From a virus, in UHGV virus genome UHGV-0149956: a DNA stretch of 64,000 nucleotides; one strand, 5' to 3'. A program made the position numbers and the translations under genes. This document shows positions 51,485 to 61,207 of the stretch, piece by piece (the stretch's first letter is position 1; each line of letters starts with the position of its first letter). Below the pieces are notes generated by a model. The model searched no databases. It was not told the DNA's origin and saw only the letters and a program-made list of their open reading frames with translations.

Positions 51485-51500
51485 TTGCTCTAATAAATCT
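51484..51500 (+). promoter_or_regulatory. C1-repressor-type operator 17-mer
   Basis: ATTGCTCTAATAAATCT, 16/17. Confidence 0.6.
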
Positions 51501-51678
51501 TGATTTTTAAAACAGAGAAAGTGAAAATAAAAACATGCCGCAAGGCGCGGCATGTATCCAATCAATCACAGGAGCTGAAAATATGAACACGGCATTCAAA
51601 ATCATTATGGCCGCGATCTATTTCTGGCTGTTCTCTATCACTTTTGGCGGCATTGTCGCGCATGGGTAAGGGGGATGC

Positions 51679-52407
51679 ATGAAAGGCGAAGTGAAAGAGC
51701 GCGGCATGATTTTCAACGATGAGATGGTCCGGGCCATCATCGAAGGAAGGAAAACGCAGACGCGGCGGATAATGAAAAATCAGCCTGCGGAAGTTGGTCC
51801 AGAAGCACCAGTGATGGTTAGAAAAATTGGTGCAGGTTTTCAGTGGTACGGGGCTGATGGTGTAAGCAGTGTCTTCAATTGCCCCTTTGGTATCGTCGGC
51901 GATCGAATTTGGGTTCGTGAAACATGGGCGATATTAGGCAATGAGGATGGTTGTAGTGTGGACTGGAACGACAACCTTTGTCGTGGTGATGAGAAGAACG
52001 CAGCAAGGATTTATCGGGCCAGTTGTGAGCAAAAGCCTGGTGATTACGGCTTATGGTCGATACCCGATGATGCCGACTGGAAACCTCACACTGTGAATGA
52101 AAAGTTTGATGGTGGGTGGCGTCCATCAATTCACATGCCGCGATGGGCATCACGCATTCTGTTGGAAATTACCAACGTGCGCGTTGAGCGGTTGAACGAT
52201 ATCAGCGAATGCGATGCAGGGGCTGAGGGCGTTCCGCCTGCTGGAAGTTTGCTTCCTGATTACCCGGAAACATTCCTTACTCCCAAGGGGGATTTCGCAA
52301 TGGCCAAGGTTGCGTTCCAGCGTCTGTGGGAATCCATCTATGGTGAAGAAAGCTGGAACGCTAATCCCTGGGTATGGGTAATTGAGTTTAAGCGCATTCA
52401 GGAATAA
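51679..52407 (+). CDS. Hypothetical protein
   Basis: 242-aa ORF, first gene after operator; conserved-looking N-terminus MIFNDEMVRAIIEGRKTQTRR. Confidence 0.4.
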   Translation: MKGEVKERGMIFNDEMVRAIIEGRKTQTRRIMKNQPAEVGPEAPVMVRKIGAGFQWYGADGVSSVFNCPFGIVGDRIWVRETWAILGNEDGCSVDWNDNLCRGDEKNAARIYRASCEQKPGDYGLWSIPDDADWKPHTVNEKFDGGWRPSIHMPRWASRILLEITNVRVERLNDISECDAGAEGVPPAGSLLPDYPETFLTPKGDFAMAKVAFQRLWESIYGEESWNANPWVWVIEFKRIQE

Positions 52408-52410
52408 ACC

Positions 52411-52596
52411 GTGAGTATGCATCAAGTCGTCAGCTTTTCAGGTGACGGGATTGCCAGAATGTATGCCGACAGCGACTACAGAAATTTGTATCAGGCGATG
52501 GTGCAGGCCAAGCGGTTTGATACTGGTTCGTGTTCCGAATCATGTGAAATCTGGGGTGACCAATTGGAGTTGAAATTCGAAGAGGTAGTGGCATGA
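52411..52596 (+). CDS. Small hypothetical protein
   Basis: 61-aa ORF, 4-nt spacing from neighbours. Confidence 0.3.
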   Translation: MSMHQVVSFSGDGIARMYADSDYRNLYQAMVQAKRFDTGSCSESCEIWGDQLELKFEEVVA

Positions 52597-52796
52597 CAAT
52601 CGTAAAAACCCATACCGGTACCGTGATCACCAAAGATGGCCCGCAGGTAAAAAAACTGCACCAAACAGAGCGGATGTGGGTCGTTGGCAAAAACGAGTTT
52701 TACCACAAAGAAACTGGACGCCGCCATTTTGCAGAAAATACGCGCCGCCGACTGCTGTTAGACACCATCAAGCCTATCGAGGTGAAGCATGTTTAA
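52593..52796 (+). CDS. Small hypothetical protein
   Basis: 67-aa ORF with ATGA coupling. Confidence 0.3.
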   Translation: MTIVKTHTGTVITKDGPQVKKLHQTERMWVVGKNEFYHKETGRRHFAENTRRRLLLDTIKPIEVKHV

Positions 52797-53028
52797 ACAG
52801 AACGAAAAAGCTATCGCTCAAATTGCTGATTATATCCCGCGTGCGTGCCGGGGTATGCAGTTGCAGGAAGCCAAAGCGCGCCTGGAGAAAAAAATTGCGC
52901 TCTATATTGATGACGGCTGTGATGCCGCCGTTCTTAACGAGGCGTTCGCACCAGCTCTTAACAGTCATACTCGGGAGTCCTTTCTTTCGTGCATCGCAGC
53001 GCAACTCCACCAAGGAGGCATCCAGTGA
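52789..53028 (+). CDS. Small hypothetical protein
   Basis: 79-aa ORF; ends with HQGGIQ followed by AAGGAGG-N-GTG junction. Confidence 0.3.
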   Translation: MFKQNEKAIAQIADYIPRACRGMQLQEAKARLEKKIALYIDDGCDAAVLNEAFAPALNSHTRESFLSCIAAQLHQGGIQ

Positions 53029-53669
53029 GTAACCGTTTTTACATGATGTGCTTGCGTGAAACTGTGGGTAATAACGCCTCATTCCATTGCCATAACGGCA
53101 ATGGTTACAGTTCTGATATCGATCGCGCTCATGTTTACACGCTGGAAGAAGCCCAAAAAGCCTGGAATTGTGGGCGAGATATCGATCAGCCTGTTTGTGC
53201 CGATAGTGTGGATGCAATTGCTGTGTGGCACGTTGATTGCCAGTACATCCCTACAGAAAGCCTGATTGAGTCAGATTGCACTGCGTATGTGGCCTACAAA
53301 AAAGGTAGCTGGAACGGCAACGATGTTTACTGGCTTCAACACGGTGGATTGCCAACAGATGATTTCAGTAAAGCGACCATCTTTAGCGTCGCCAACAAAA
53401 ACGAACCAGGAATAGTTTGGTTGCCATTTCCCATTGCTGATGCAGCAAAGCGCCGGACGTTCAATATCAATAACTTTAACCGCAGAACAATGGTTCAGGG
53501 CGCAGGTTTGGTCATGCCTGACTGGTTGAAAGAGCAGAACAGAAGAAAGAAGTCGCGAAGCGGGAAGGTGCGTTGGAATTGTCCGCATTGCGGAAAAATC
53601 ACCTGGCAGTACAGCCCATATGATTTTGAAGGCTGTAGTGATTACAACTGTGAAGGATGGCGAGAATGA
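53025..53669 (+). CDS. Cys-rich hypothetical protein (zinc-ribbon-like C-terminus)
   Basis: GTG start with AAGGAGG SD; C-terminus CPHCGKITWQ...CSDYNCEGW. Confidence 0.35.
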   Translation: MSNRFYMMCLRETVGNNASFHCHNGNGYSSDIDRAHVYTLEEAQKAWNCGRDIDQPVCADSVDAIAVWHVDCQYIPTESLIESDCTAYVAYKKGSWNGNDVYWLQHGGLPTDDFSKATIFSVANKNEPGIVWLPFPIADAAKRRTFNINNFNRRTMVQGAGLVMPDWLKEQNRRKKSRSGKVRWNCPHCGKITWQYSPYDFEGCSDYNCEGWRE

Positions 53670-54349
53670 CAATTGACTATCAGGTACTGCGCGAGGCGGC
53701 GGAACAGGCAACGCAAGATGAATGGGTAGCATATATTTTGCCGGGGCAAAACGGCACTTATCCTGCGCATACGTCTGAGGGTAGGCATTGCGGATACTTT
53801 ATTGACTGGCCTGGCATTGATGGACAGAGAAACGCTGGTGCCAATGCCCGTTATATCGCGGCTATCCCACCCAAAGTTGTGCTGGCTCTACTGGATGAAA
53901 TTAAGCGCCTGGAGGACACAAATATTGATGCTATGTGTCGAATTGCAGAGCTTGAGACTAATCTCGCGGCGCTGGTGGCGGAGAATGTGGGGCTAAAGGC
54001 GATATGTGATGACCGTCGCAGGTTCATCATGAATGGGGTGCAGATGGGTTATATCAAGGTGCCAGCAGCGGAAACAGATCCAGACCTTGAGACAATTCGC
54101 ATTGCTATATCACCACAAAAGCCCATTCCAGCCACTGATGCTTTCCTGTCTGAAGTGCGGGCGCAGGGGGTGGATGCTGCTATAGAAGCTGCAAAAAATC
54201 TGGTGGTCCAAGAATATGAGTATAAGGATTTCAAAGCGGCGCAGAGTGATTGCTGTATGCACCCTGGTTCAGACCTGGTAGGGAAGGTTGAAATGACTGA
54301 GTGGTTAGTTGACTTTGCTGCCCAGCTTCGCAAAGGAGGCAACCAGTGA
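53666..54349 (+). CDS. Ead/Ea22-like protein (paralog 1)
   Basis: N-terminus IDYQVLREAAEQ and VVLALLDEIKRLED shared with next gene. Confidence 0.4.
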   Translation: MTIDYQVLREAAEQATQDEWVAYILPGQNGTYPAHTSEGRHCGYFIDWPGIDGQRNAGANARYIAAIPPKVVLALLDEIKRLEDTNIDAMCRIAELETNLAALVAENVGLKAICDDRRRFIMNGVQMGYIKVPAAETDPDLETIRIAISPQKPIPATDAFLSEVRAQGVDAAIEAAKNLVVQEYEYKDFKAAQSDCCMHPGSDLVGKVEMTEWLVDFAAQLRKGGNQ

Positions 54350-54942
54350 GCGAAATTAATTACCAGGCACTGCGTGAGGCAGCACAGAACGCGAAAGATT
54401 TAGGTGAGATTAAGAATTACAAGCGAGGTGAGCAAGCTGTTGCCGAATTTGAGTCCTTAATAACGCCACGCATTGTGCTGGCGCTTCTGGATGAACGGGA
54501 AAGAAACCAGCAATACATCAAACGTCGCGACCAGGAGAACGAGGATATTGCGCTAACGGTAGGGAAACTGTTAATCGAAAACGGTCAGCTTGTTGCCGAT
54601 ACGCTACGCCACTTAGCTGATAACGAAATCGACTCTGATTATTTTGCTATCACCTCAACGAATGAGAACGGTACTGAAATTGATCATGAGATGGCTATTA
54701 CCGATTACGCACTGCAAGCTGCCGGAACTGTAGACGAATTGGTTGCAGCGCTGGAATCCGCAGAGAAGCGCATAGCAGAACTGTCTGCTAGCCACAGCAA
54801 ATTGCGCGACACAATGGCTGGCATCCACAACACAATCCGAATGGATGGCGGATATACGCCACTGACAGCAATCCTTAACGCTGCTAAACGCGCATATGAA
54901 GAATCAGCAAGCGCAGCTGGCATTCGCATCAAAGGAGAGTGA
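54346..54942 (+). CDS. Ead/Ea22-like protein (paralog 2)
   Basis: INYQALREAAQN and IVLALLDERERN; GTG start after AAGGAGG. Confidence 0.4.
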   Translation: MSEINYQALREAAQNAKDLGEIKNYKRGEQAVAEFESLITPRIVLALLDERERNQQYIKRRDQENEDIALTVGKLLIENGQLVADTLRHLADNEIDSDYFAITSTNENGTEIDHEMAITDYALQAAGTVDELVAALESAEKRIAELSASHSKLRDTMAGIHNTIRMDGGYTPLTAILNAAKRAYEESASAAGIRIKGE

Positions 54943-54943
54943 T

Positions 54944-55459
54944 ATGGCGTTAACACACCGCGAACTCTGTCAGATTGCGTACAAGTTCCTTAAGCGCAAC
55001 GGGTTCAAGGTTTGTTTTCATGACCGCTTTATAGCTGTAACCAGTACCGGAGAACAGCCAGATGCTATGGGATTCAGAAATTCAGCATCATGCCTGATAG
55101 AGGCGAAATGTTCTCGTGCTGACTTGTTGGCAGATAGAAAAAAGCGTTTTCGTAAAAATCCGTCTCTTGGAATGGGAGACTGGCGATTCTTTATTAGTGA
55201 GCCGGGAATTATTTCAATTGAGGATTTACCACCTGGCTGGGGATTACTTCACGTTGTTAACGGAAGAGTACGGAAAGTACATGGGTGGCCCAAGGGTAAT
55301 TGCTGTTGGGGTAATCCTGACGATAAGCCATTTACTGGAAATAAGCAGGTTGAATGCGATTACATGTTATCTGCATTAAGGCGCATGGAGTTGAGAGGGC
55401 ACCTTAATGAAATATATGACGGTGTAATTGTTAATAAGAAAGAAGGAAACGCGGCATGA
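54944..55459 (+). CDS. Hypothetical protein
   Basis: ORF with start at MALTHREL immediately after upstream stop. Confidence 0.3.
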   Translation: MALTHRELCQIAYKFLKRNGFKVCFHDRFIAVTSTGEQPDAMGFRNSASCLIEAKCSRADLLADRKKRFRKNPSLGMGDWRFFISEPGIISIEDLPPGWGLLHVVNGRVRKVHGWPKGNCCWGNPDDKPFTGNKQVECDYMLSALRRMELRGHLNEIYDGVIVNKKEGNAA

Positions 55460-55842
55460 TCACTATTACCAAAGAGCGACTGCTGACAATCAAGCAGTGG
55501 CGCGAAACATACGGACCGGGTAGCAACGTTGTACTGCCAGCAGAAGAAGCGGAAGAACTGGCACGAATTGCTCTGGCATCGCTGGAAGCAAAACCAATAG
55601 GTGCATTCCACATTGCAGAACAGCAAGTTGACGGCACAAGTGACTACATCAAGGATGGGGAGTGGCCTATTGATAATGGAATTATTGAGGTCTACGCCGC
55701 TCCCCCCGTTCCAGTAGTACCGGAAGAAAAACCAATGCCTAATCCTCTTAGCATGTACGCGGTTGATGCTGTTGCCGCTATTGCAGAGGTAAGAGGCTGG
55801 AATGCCTGCCGCGCGGCTATGCTTCATGGGAAAGGAAAGTGA
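55456..55842 (+). CDS. Hypothetical protein with ALASLEA motif
   Basis: 128 aa; ARIALASLEAKP shared with the 423-aa protein. Confidence 0.35.
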   Translation: MITITKERLLTIKQWRETYGPGSNVVLPAEEAEELARIALASLEAKPIGAFHIAEQQVDGTSDYIKDGEWPIDNGIIEVYAAPPVPVVPEEKPMPNPLSMYAVDAVAAIAEVRGWNACRAAMLHGKGK

Positions 55843-55843
55843 T

Positions 55844-56065
55844 ATGGCTAACTCATTACTTGAAACCTGCAACAACTGGCAGATTCAGAGGGCGGAGATT
55901 TTATCTCGCAATCCAGATATGGCAATGACAATTGATAATCTGGACACGCTAATTGAACGGACCGTGCGTTCTGCAATTGATATAGCACATCGAGTGGATT
56001 GGGATTTCAGAGAAGCGGAGCGGCTTGCTAAAGAGCAGGAGAAAGCAGCGGGTAAAGGAGACTGA
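55844..56065 (+). CDS. Small hypothetical protein
   Basis: Start at MANSLLETC after upstream stop. Confidence 0.3.
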   Translation: MANSLLETCNNWQIQRAEILSRNPDMAMTIDNLDTLIERTVRSAIDIAHRVDWDFREAERLAKEQEKAAGKGD

Positions 56066-56066
56066 T

Positions 56067-56264
56067 ATGGATAAAAACACCACTGCTTACTGGAATCTGT
56101 CACTTGATACCGAATGCCCAAAATGCGGTCACAATTTCGATCTGCTTTGTGATCCAGATTTCTGGGAATTTTCTGGAGCAAAACAGGCATGTGAAGAAAT
56201 AAAAGGTTACGAAACATGCTGTCCAGAATGTAACCATGAATTTAAAACAGATTTTGTGTATTGA
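56067..56264 (+). CDS. Small zinc-ribbon protein
   Basis: CPKCGH...CCPECNH two CxxC pairs. Confidence 0.35.
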   Translation: MDKNTTAYWNLSLDTECPKCGHNFDLLCDPDFWEFSGAKQACEEIKGYETCCPECNHEFKTDFVY

Positions 56265-56274
56265 GGCATAACGA

Positions 56275-57546
56275 ATGACCACTTTTACTAAAGAACAATT
56301 AATAGAGATGATTAAGCGCAATATAACGATTATGGATCGTTATCCTGATTTAGTAACTGCACAAATGGATCTGGAAGTATACAAAATTGCGCTGGCATCA
56401 CTGGAAGCAGAACCAGTTGCTTATATTTTCAAACATCCGGCCGGGAAATTATTCTGGGCTTTAACGGATGAAAGCAATAAAGAGCAAGCGGACGTTATTC
56501 CTGTTTATGCTGCCGCGCCTGCGTCGGTTGTGCCGGATAATGCATCAGAGCCTCTTGCTTATGCTTACAAAGAGCTTACGCCTGAGATTATGCGCAACCA
56601 TTTAGCTGTATTCGAGCGATATGGAATAGCCCCAAACGATAGCTCTACCACAATTCAGGCACTGCGAATCGCGCTGGATGGTATAGAGCGGAGCGACGCC
56701 ATGCTTCAGTCCGGAAACTTTCGGAAAAACAAGAATTCGTCAACCAATAATTTTCGGGAAATCGCGGAAACGTCAACCAACTATCCGGTAATTCCTAGTG
56801 AGGTGTTGTCCGCAATCCTGAAGGTTGCCAAGATTCGTGCCGATTTCGATGATTTTGACGGTGACAGGCGAGGTATCGATGATTGTCTGGATGAGGCTGA
56901 GCAAGAGCTTATCGTTACCATTAACAAATATGCCAGTCAGTTGGCAGCAGAACCGATAGCGACTAATGACGTTCGAGAGCAAACAGCCGTTCCGCCAGTT
57001 CCGGTAATACAGGCTGATGTCGCGCAGGCAATTGAAAAACTCAAACGGAAATTAGTGGAATGCAATCGCTATAACTACTGCGCAGATGCAGTTAAAGGCG
57101 TTGAGGATGCCTGCCGTGCTGTTAGCTATAGCCATGCCGACAATCAACCAGCATCTGGCAACCAGGCAGCCGAATCCAATCGCGGTAATGAGTGGACCGG
57201 CAATCCTGATATTGATAACGCCATCATCATGCTCGATCGCATAGATACGCTGGAAAGTTGCGATGATGACCGTATTGAGGCTGTTAAGGCTGTTTTGCGT
57301 AGACTAGCTGGCAACTCTCCGGTAACTCCGGATGGTTGGATAAGCTGTAGTGAGCGAATGCCGGATACCAAAACAGCCGTTCTTGTTGCCGTGGAGTTTG
57401 ACAGGAAAGGTGACTGGCGAATGAAATGGGCTACTTACATCCCGGGGCATCCTGACGCTAATGATGGGTGGATAATTCCTGGTGCGTCGTGGAAACCGTC
57501 ACACTGGATGCCGCTACCAGAACCGCCGCAGGAGGTGAATCAATGA
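56275..57546 (+). CDS. Hypothetical protein with C-terminal DUF551-like domain
   Basis: C-terminus DGWISCSERMPD...GWIIPGASWKPSHWMPLPEPP typical of the prophage DUF551 pattern. Confidence 0.4.
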   Translation: MTTFTKEQLIEMIKRNITIMDRYPDLVTAQMDLEVYKIALASLEAEPVAYIFKHPAGKLFWALTDESNKEQADVIPVYAAAPASVVPDNASEPLAYAYKELTPEIMRNHLAVFERYGIAPNDSSTTIQALRIALDGIERSDAMLQSGNFRKNKNSSTNNFREIAETSTNYPVIPSEVLSAILKVAKIRADFDDFDGDRRGIDDCLDEAEQELIVTINKYASQLAAEPIATNDVREQTAVPPVPVIQADVAQAIEKLKRKLVECNRYNYCADAVKGVEDACRAVSYSHADNQPASGNQAAESNRGNEWTGNPDIDNAIIMLDRIDTLESCDDDRIEAVKAVLRRLAGNSPVTPDGWISCSERMPDTKTAVLVAVEFDRKGDWRMKWATYIPGHPDANDGWIIPGASWKPSHWMPLPEPPQEVNQ

Positions 57547-57610
57547 GCTGGCCTGAAGCATTCACCACGGTAGGAATTGTGATGGCGGCAGCACTGGGTT
57601 TGTATTCAAT

Positions 57611-57862
57611 TTGTCGCTGGTGGTAACGATGGGAAAAATAACTTTTGTAGTCGAATTTGAGGATGGTAAAGAGCCACCTGTTAGCGCCAATCTTGATGTT
57701 GCTGGTGGCAGGCTTGTTTCGGTTCTATTTGGTGACTACCGAGATGATTTCTTCCAACCAGAAGAAGTTGATGTGGTGCGAGAGGCATTAAACGAGTTAA
57801 GTGTTGATAACGATGATGCTCATGCGGAAATCATCCAAAAAATGGAGCTGCTAACTCACTAA
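57611..57862 (+). CDS. Small hypothetical protein
   Basis: 83-aa ORF. Confidence 0.3.
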   Translation: MSLVVTMGKITFVVEFEDGKEPPVSANLDVAGGRLVSVLFGDYRDDFFQPEEVDVVREALNELSVDNDDAHAEIIQKMELLTH

Positions 57863-57910
57863 ATTATCAATTATGGTGCTATCACCTACGACACCGAGAG
57901 AAAATTTATA

Positions 57911-58333
57911 ATGTCAAAAGTAAATGTTTTGATTTTTCAGCAATTGTTGGCTTTGGTTTTACTGCCGGAGTGCAGATTTATATTACGTGGGAAAAAATCA
58001 TCAACTACGCATGGAGTTGTTTTATTAAGTGAGGTAAGTATGTGGAGAGGTAATAGTCATGGCAAAAGCCAGATGATACTTACCGAATATCAGCTCGACC
58101 ACAAAACCAATAAATCACGTTCAGTATATTTGCTTCGCCACAATAGCCGCGTAAGGAATACCGTACTGGAGCAAAATCTGACCGTTGAAATGGATAATTA
58201 CGGGGGCTTCAAGCCAACAATATCGCTTGATGATTTTCCTCGTGGTTTAAGCGAAAGAGAAGCAATGCTGAAATTAGCAGAATGGCTACAAAGATTAAGC
58301 ATTGCTATTGAAGATAACTGGTCTGAACCTTAA
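57911..58333 (+). CDS. Hypothetical protein
   Basis: 140-aa ORF. Confidence 0.3.
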   Translation: MSKVNVLIFQQLLALVLLPECRFILRGKKSSTTHGVVLLSEVSMWRGNSHGKSQMILTEYQLDHKTNKSRSVYLLRHNSRVRNTVLEQNLTVEMDNYGGFKPTISLDDFPRGLSEREAMLKLAEWLQRLSIAIEDNWSEP

Positions 58334-58339
58334 ATTAAT

Positions 58340-58714
58340 ATGATGACACTAAAACATTTTCTTGACCGCCCATTATGGGCGGCAGCCGCAGGCTATGACT
58401 TTAATTATATGGATTGCATGTCTTATACTGCCAATGCATACGACCATTCGTTCAGCCTGCTGTTTAATTCTTTAAGAATATTGCCGGAAACAGAAGTTGG
58501 AGAGCTTCATTTATGGATATTGGGCTTTATCGCGGCTGTCGTTGGTATTGCTGTATGGCCTTTTATTTTCTGGCTGGTGGCTGTTGTAGTGTGGTTTAAG
58601 TGCAAGACATACCGGAGAAAGTATTTCTTAGGTGATGGAATGACTGATATTGCCAAAATGAACATTGAAAAATGGACTAAGGAATGTGAAAAGAAATGGC
58701 GCAAAAAGAAATGA
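58340..58714 (+). CDS. Membrane protein
   Basis: Hydrophobic helices LWILGFIAAVVGIAVWPFIFWLVAVVVWF. Confidence 0.35.
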   Translation: MMTLKHFLDRPLWAAAAGYDFNYMDCMSYTANAYDHSFSLLFNSLRILPETEVGELHLWILGFIAAVVGIAVWPFIFWLVAVVVWFKCKTYRRKYFLGDGMTDIAKMNIEKWTKECEKKWRKKK

Positions 58715-59634
58715 CCAGAATCACTGAAGAGCGTATATCAGAGATTATTTCCCGTATCGAAATGTATGGTCACGGTGCTGGATATACGGCAGATGAAGTA
58801 TTGGCACTTGCCCAAATGGCTTTGGCGGCTTGCAAAGATGATAAAAAAATGAAGCTTATCGACTTGTTAGTGAAGGAGCTGCCTAAGTGCGGCGGGTGGC
58901 CTGATGGAATGAGTTATTGTTACCTACCCAGTGTCAATTTAATGGCACCATGCGCGACTTTTGCTTTTGGCTCAGACCACAAAAAAGACACTTTCTTTGG
59001 GCGCAATTTTTGTTGTGAGATTGAGCTTCCAATTGGTGACCTTGATAGCGATGAATACCAGTCAGTTGTCACTCGCGAACAATACGAATCAGCTCTCATA
59101 GCGTCGCAGAAAGTCGAGTTCAATGGTGATGAACCTGAAAGTAAGACTTACAGGTTGGATTTTGGGCAATGGCTGGAACAGCAACGCGGAAAGATCGATG
59201 TGGACTGTGGTTGTGTGTCCACTGAAACATTCATGCACTGGCTGCGGGTAGCTTACGAGGCTGGCAACTATCCGGATATTCCGGATAGTTCGGTGTCAGC
59301 GCCAGGAAAGGGCGTCACCGGTGGACGTATCCGCATTAAGCCGCATGTTTATCGCGAACTGGTTAACCGTCTCCACGATACAGCGATCAAGTGTGCTGGC
59401 ACCCAGCAATTACGAGAAAGAATTAGCCGTGTTTTGGGCGACGTTATTACGCCAGATCATCATAAACAAGCCGAGAAAAGTGGCTTGGAAAGGTGTCACC
59501 TTGAGGCGGCATTAAACATTAAGCCGGGGCATACGCTTGGCATTATTGATGCACTATTGGTTCATAAGATGGCCAGGGCTTTATTGCCGCTGGTGGCTGA
59601 AAAGCATGAGGCGGACCATGCCAACGAAAGCTGA
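58696..59634 (+). CDS. Hypothetical protein
   Basis: 312-aa ORF. Confidence 0.3.
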   Translation: MAQKEMTRITEERISEIISRIEMYGHGAGYTADEVLALAQMALAACKDDKKMKLIDLLVKELPKCGGWPDGMSYCYLPSVNLMAPCATFAFGSDHKKDTFFGRNFCCEIELPIGDLDSDEYQSVVTREQYESALIASQKVEFNGDEPESKTYRLDFGQWLEQQRGKIDVDCGCVSTETFMHWLRVAYEAGNYPDIPDSSVSAPGKGVTGGRIRIKPHVYRELVNRLHDTAIKCAGTQQLRERISRVLGDVITPDHHKQAEKSGLERCHLEAALNIKPGHTLGIIDALLVHKMARALLPLVAEKHEADHANES

Positions 59635-59902
59635 GTTACAGGCGCGCATAGAGATTCTTGAAAAAGAGAATGCGAGTCTAAAAGGAATGCTGGCGCGGGC
59701 GGAAAGGGAATTATCAGGCAAATTATTGCCAGAAGAGCTGCCACCAGCAGATATACCTGATCGAGTGTCCTGGTGGATGAAGTATTTCCGTGCACCGTGG
59801 GAGGCGTTTTGGTGCTACGACCATCGCAGATGGTGTGATGAGCTTGATAGCAGTTTCCCCTATTTTGCGGAAGGGAACTCTTGCCCTGAATGTAGGAGTT
59901 AA
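59618..59902 (+). CDS. Coiled-coil zinc-ribbon protein (tandem paralog 1)
   Basis: C-terminus PWEAFWCYDHRRWCDELDSSFPYFAEGNSCPECRS. Confidence 0.4.
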   Translation: MPTKAELQARIEILEKENASLKGMLARAERELSGKLLPEELPPADIPDRVSWWMKYFRAPWEAFWCYDHRRWCDELDSSFPYFAEGNSCPECRS

Positions 59903-60207
59903 TGATGACCGGCGAGCTTTATTTTAAAATGGCACGGGAGCGGCGTGTGCATCTGGATCGGATATTTCATCTCCAGAAGAGAGTAGAAGAACTGGAACGT
60001 CGTCTGAACTGTTATCCTGTTGATATGGTGTCTGCAATACCGCCGATTCCAATAGAAATGCAGATCCGCCTATGGATGGAAGAATATGGAATGCCGTGGG
60101 AGATATTTTTCTGCTTCGACCATAAACAGTGGGTAGATGAGCTGGATAATAGTTTCCCATATTTCACAGAGAACACATGCCCAGTATGCAGGAAGAACGG
60201 AATATGA
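59902..60207 (+). CDS. Coiled-coil zinc-ribbon protein (tandem paralog 2)
   Basis: C-terminus PWEIFFCFDHKQWVDELDNSFPYFTENTCPVCRK. Confidence 0.4.
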   Translation: MMTGELYFKMARERRVHLDRIFHLQKRVEELERRLNCYPVDMVSAIPPIPIEMQIRLWMEEYGMPWEIFFCFDHKQWVDELDNSFPYFTENTCPVCRKNGI

Positions 60208-60728
60208 CAAAATTTGGAAAGCTGGAAGCTCATTTGCTAACTCGTAACTACCGCCATGATATACACCCATATAGACAGTGGATCGATGAAAGCGAAGGAG
60301 TAGTTACATTCCCTCTATACAGGTTTGATGGGATGTTGGCTGGGTATCAGACATATAGACCAGGTGCTCATAAGCAGCATAGCAATCCGAAGATGGCCCG
60401 GTATTTCACGCGATCACACGGCAGACAGTTACTTTGGGGAACCTATCTTCCTTTAAAAGATGGCCCAATATGGATAACTGAGTCTATTTTTAAGAGCGCA
60501 GCTGTACACAACGCGGGCGGCAATTCGTGGGCGCTGTTAGGTTCGACTTTCTCCGCAGGATTACGCCGTCAACTTGCGATGCTGCCGTATGACTTTCGTG
60601 TAATAGGTGACAATGATGCGGCTGGTGAATTACTTGTGAAGTCTTTCGGAAAAGGTTTTGTGGCCCCGGATCTTGACGAGCTACAACCACATGAAGTGTC
60701 TCATTTGATTTTTAGCCATAGCCAATAA
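60204..60728 (+). CDS. Hypothetical protein
   Basis: Start at MTKFGKLE overlapping upstream stop (ATGA). Confidence 0.3.
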   Translation: MTKFGKLEAHLLTRNYRHDIHPYRQWIDESEGVVTFPLYRFDGMLAGYQTYRPGAHKQHSNPKMARYFTRSHGRQLLWGTYLPLKDGPIWITESIFKSAAVHNAGGNSWALLGSTFSAGLRRQLAMLPYDFRVIGDNDAAGELLVKSFGKGFVAPDLDELQPHEVSHLIFSHSQ

Positions 60729-60742
60729 GCATCTCTCCCCTT

Positions 60743-60775
60743 TGAGGCCACAACTAGTGGCCTTAAACAATTTGT
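60743..60775 (+). terminator. Rho-independent terminator
   Basis: GGCCAC-aacta-GTGGCC hairpin followed by T-rich run. Confidence 0.55.
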
Positions 60776-60850
60776 TTTCTACGTTTTCTTATTTGAGAAA
60801 ATCACGTTGTTGGCAGCTCATAGGCTCGTTGTTATACATGGCTGTATAGA

Positions 60851-61207
60851 TTATGAGCGTAAATTATTAGCGGATTTTAAGCCATATTCACCGTTGTAGA
60901 AATTACTCATGTTCCATTCATTGGGAAGCTCTTTTCTGTCCAATGTATAGTGGCGCACGATATAACGATCTTCATCTTCTTCGATGGACAGGCGGACATA
61001 GCCAATGTGGATCACCGATACGGGCGGTGTTCGTATTGCATAGATGTCGCGGAGATATACCGGTAGCTCGACAAATGCATCAGGTGCATCTGTGATGCTC
61101 GTTTTTTCACAGTATTCATATAACGCATCGTTGATATCGTTAAGAGATTCATGATCGTATATTTCCAGGTAATTACCGCGATCGCGATGGTACTCGATTT
61201 TAGCCAT
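60851..61207 (-). CDS. Hypothetical protein
   Basis: 118-aa ORF adjacent to the 194-aa gene. Confidence 0.35.
   Translation of the reverse strand: MAKIEYHRDRGNYLEIYDHESLNDINDALYEYCEKTSITDAPDAFVELPVYLRDIYAIRTPPVSVIHIGYVRLSIEEDEDRYIVRHYTLDRKELPNEWNMSNFYNGEYGLKSANNLRS

Noticed and set aside
60177-60728. Endolysin assignment for the 183-aa protein
   Set aside because: No lysozyme, amidase or peptidase motif recognisable by eye; left as hypothetical
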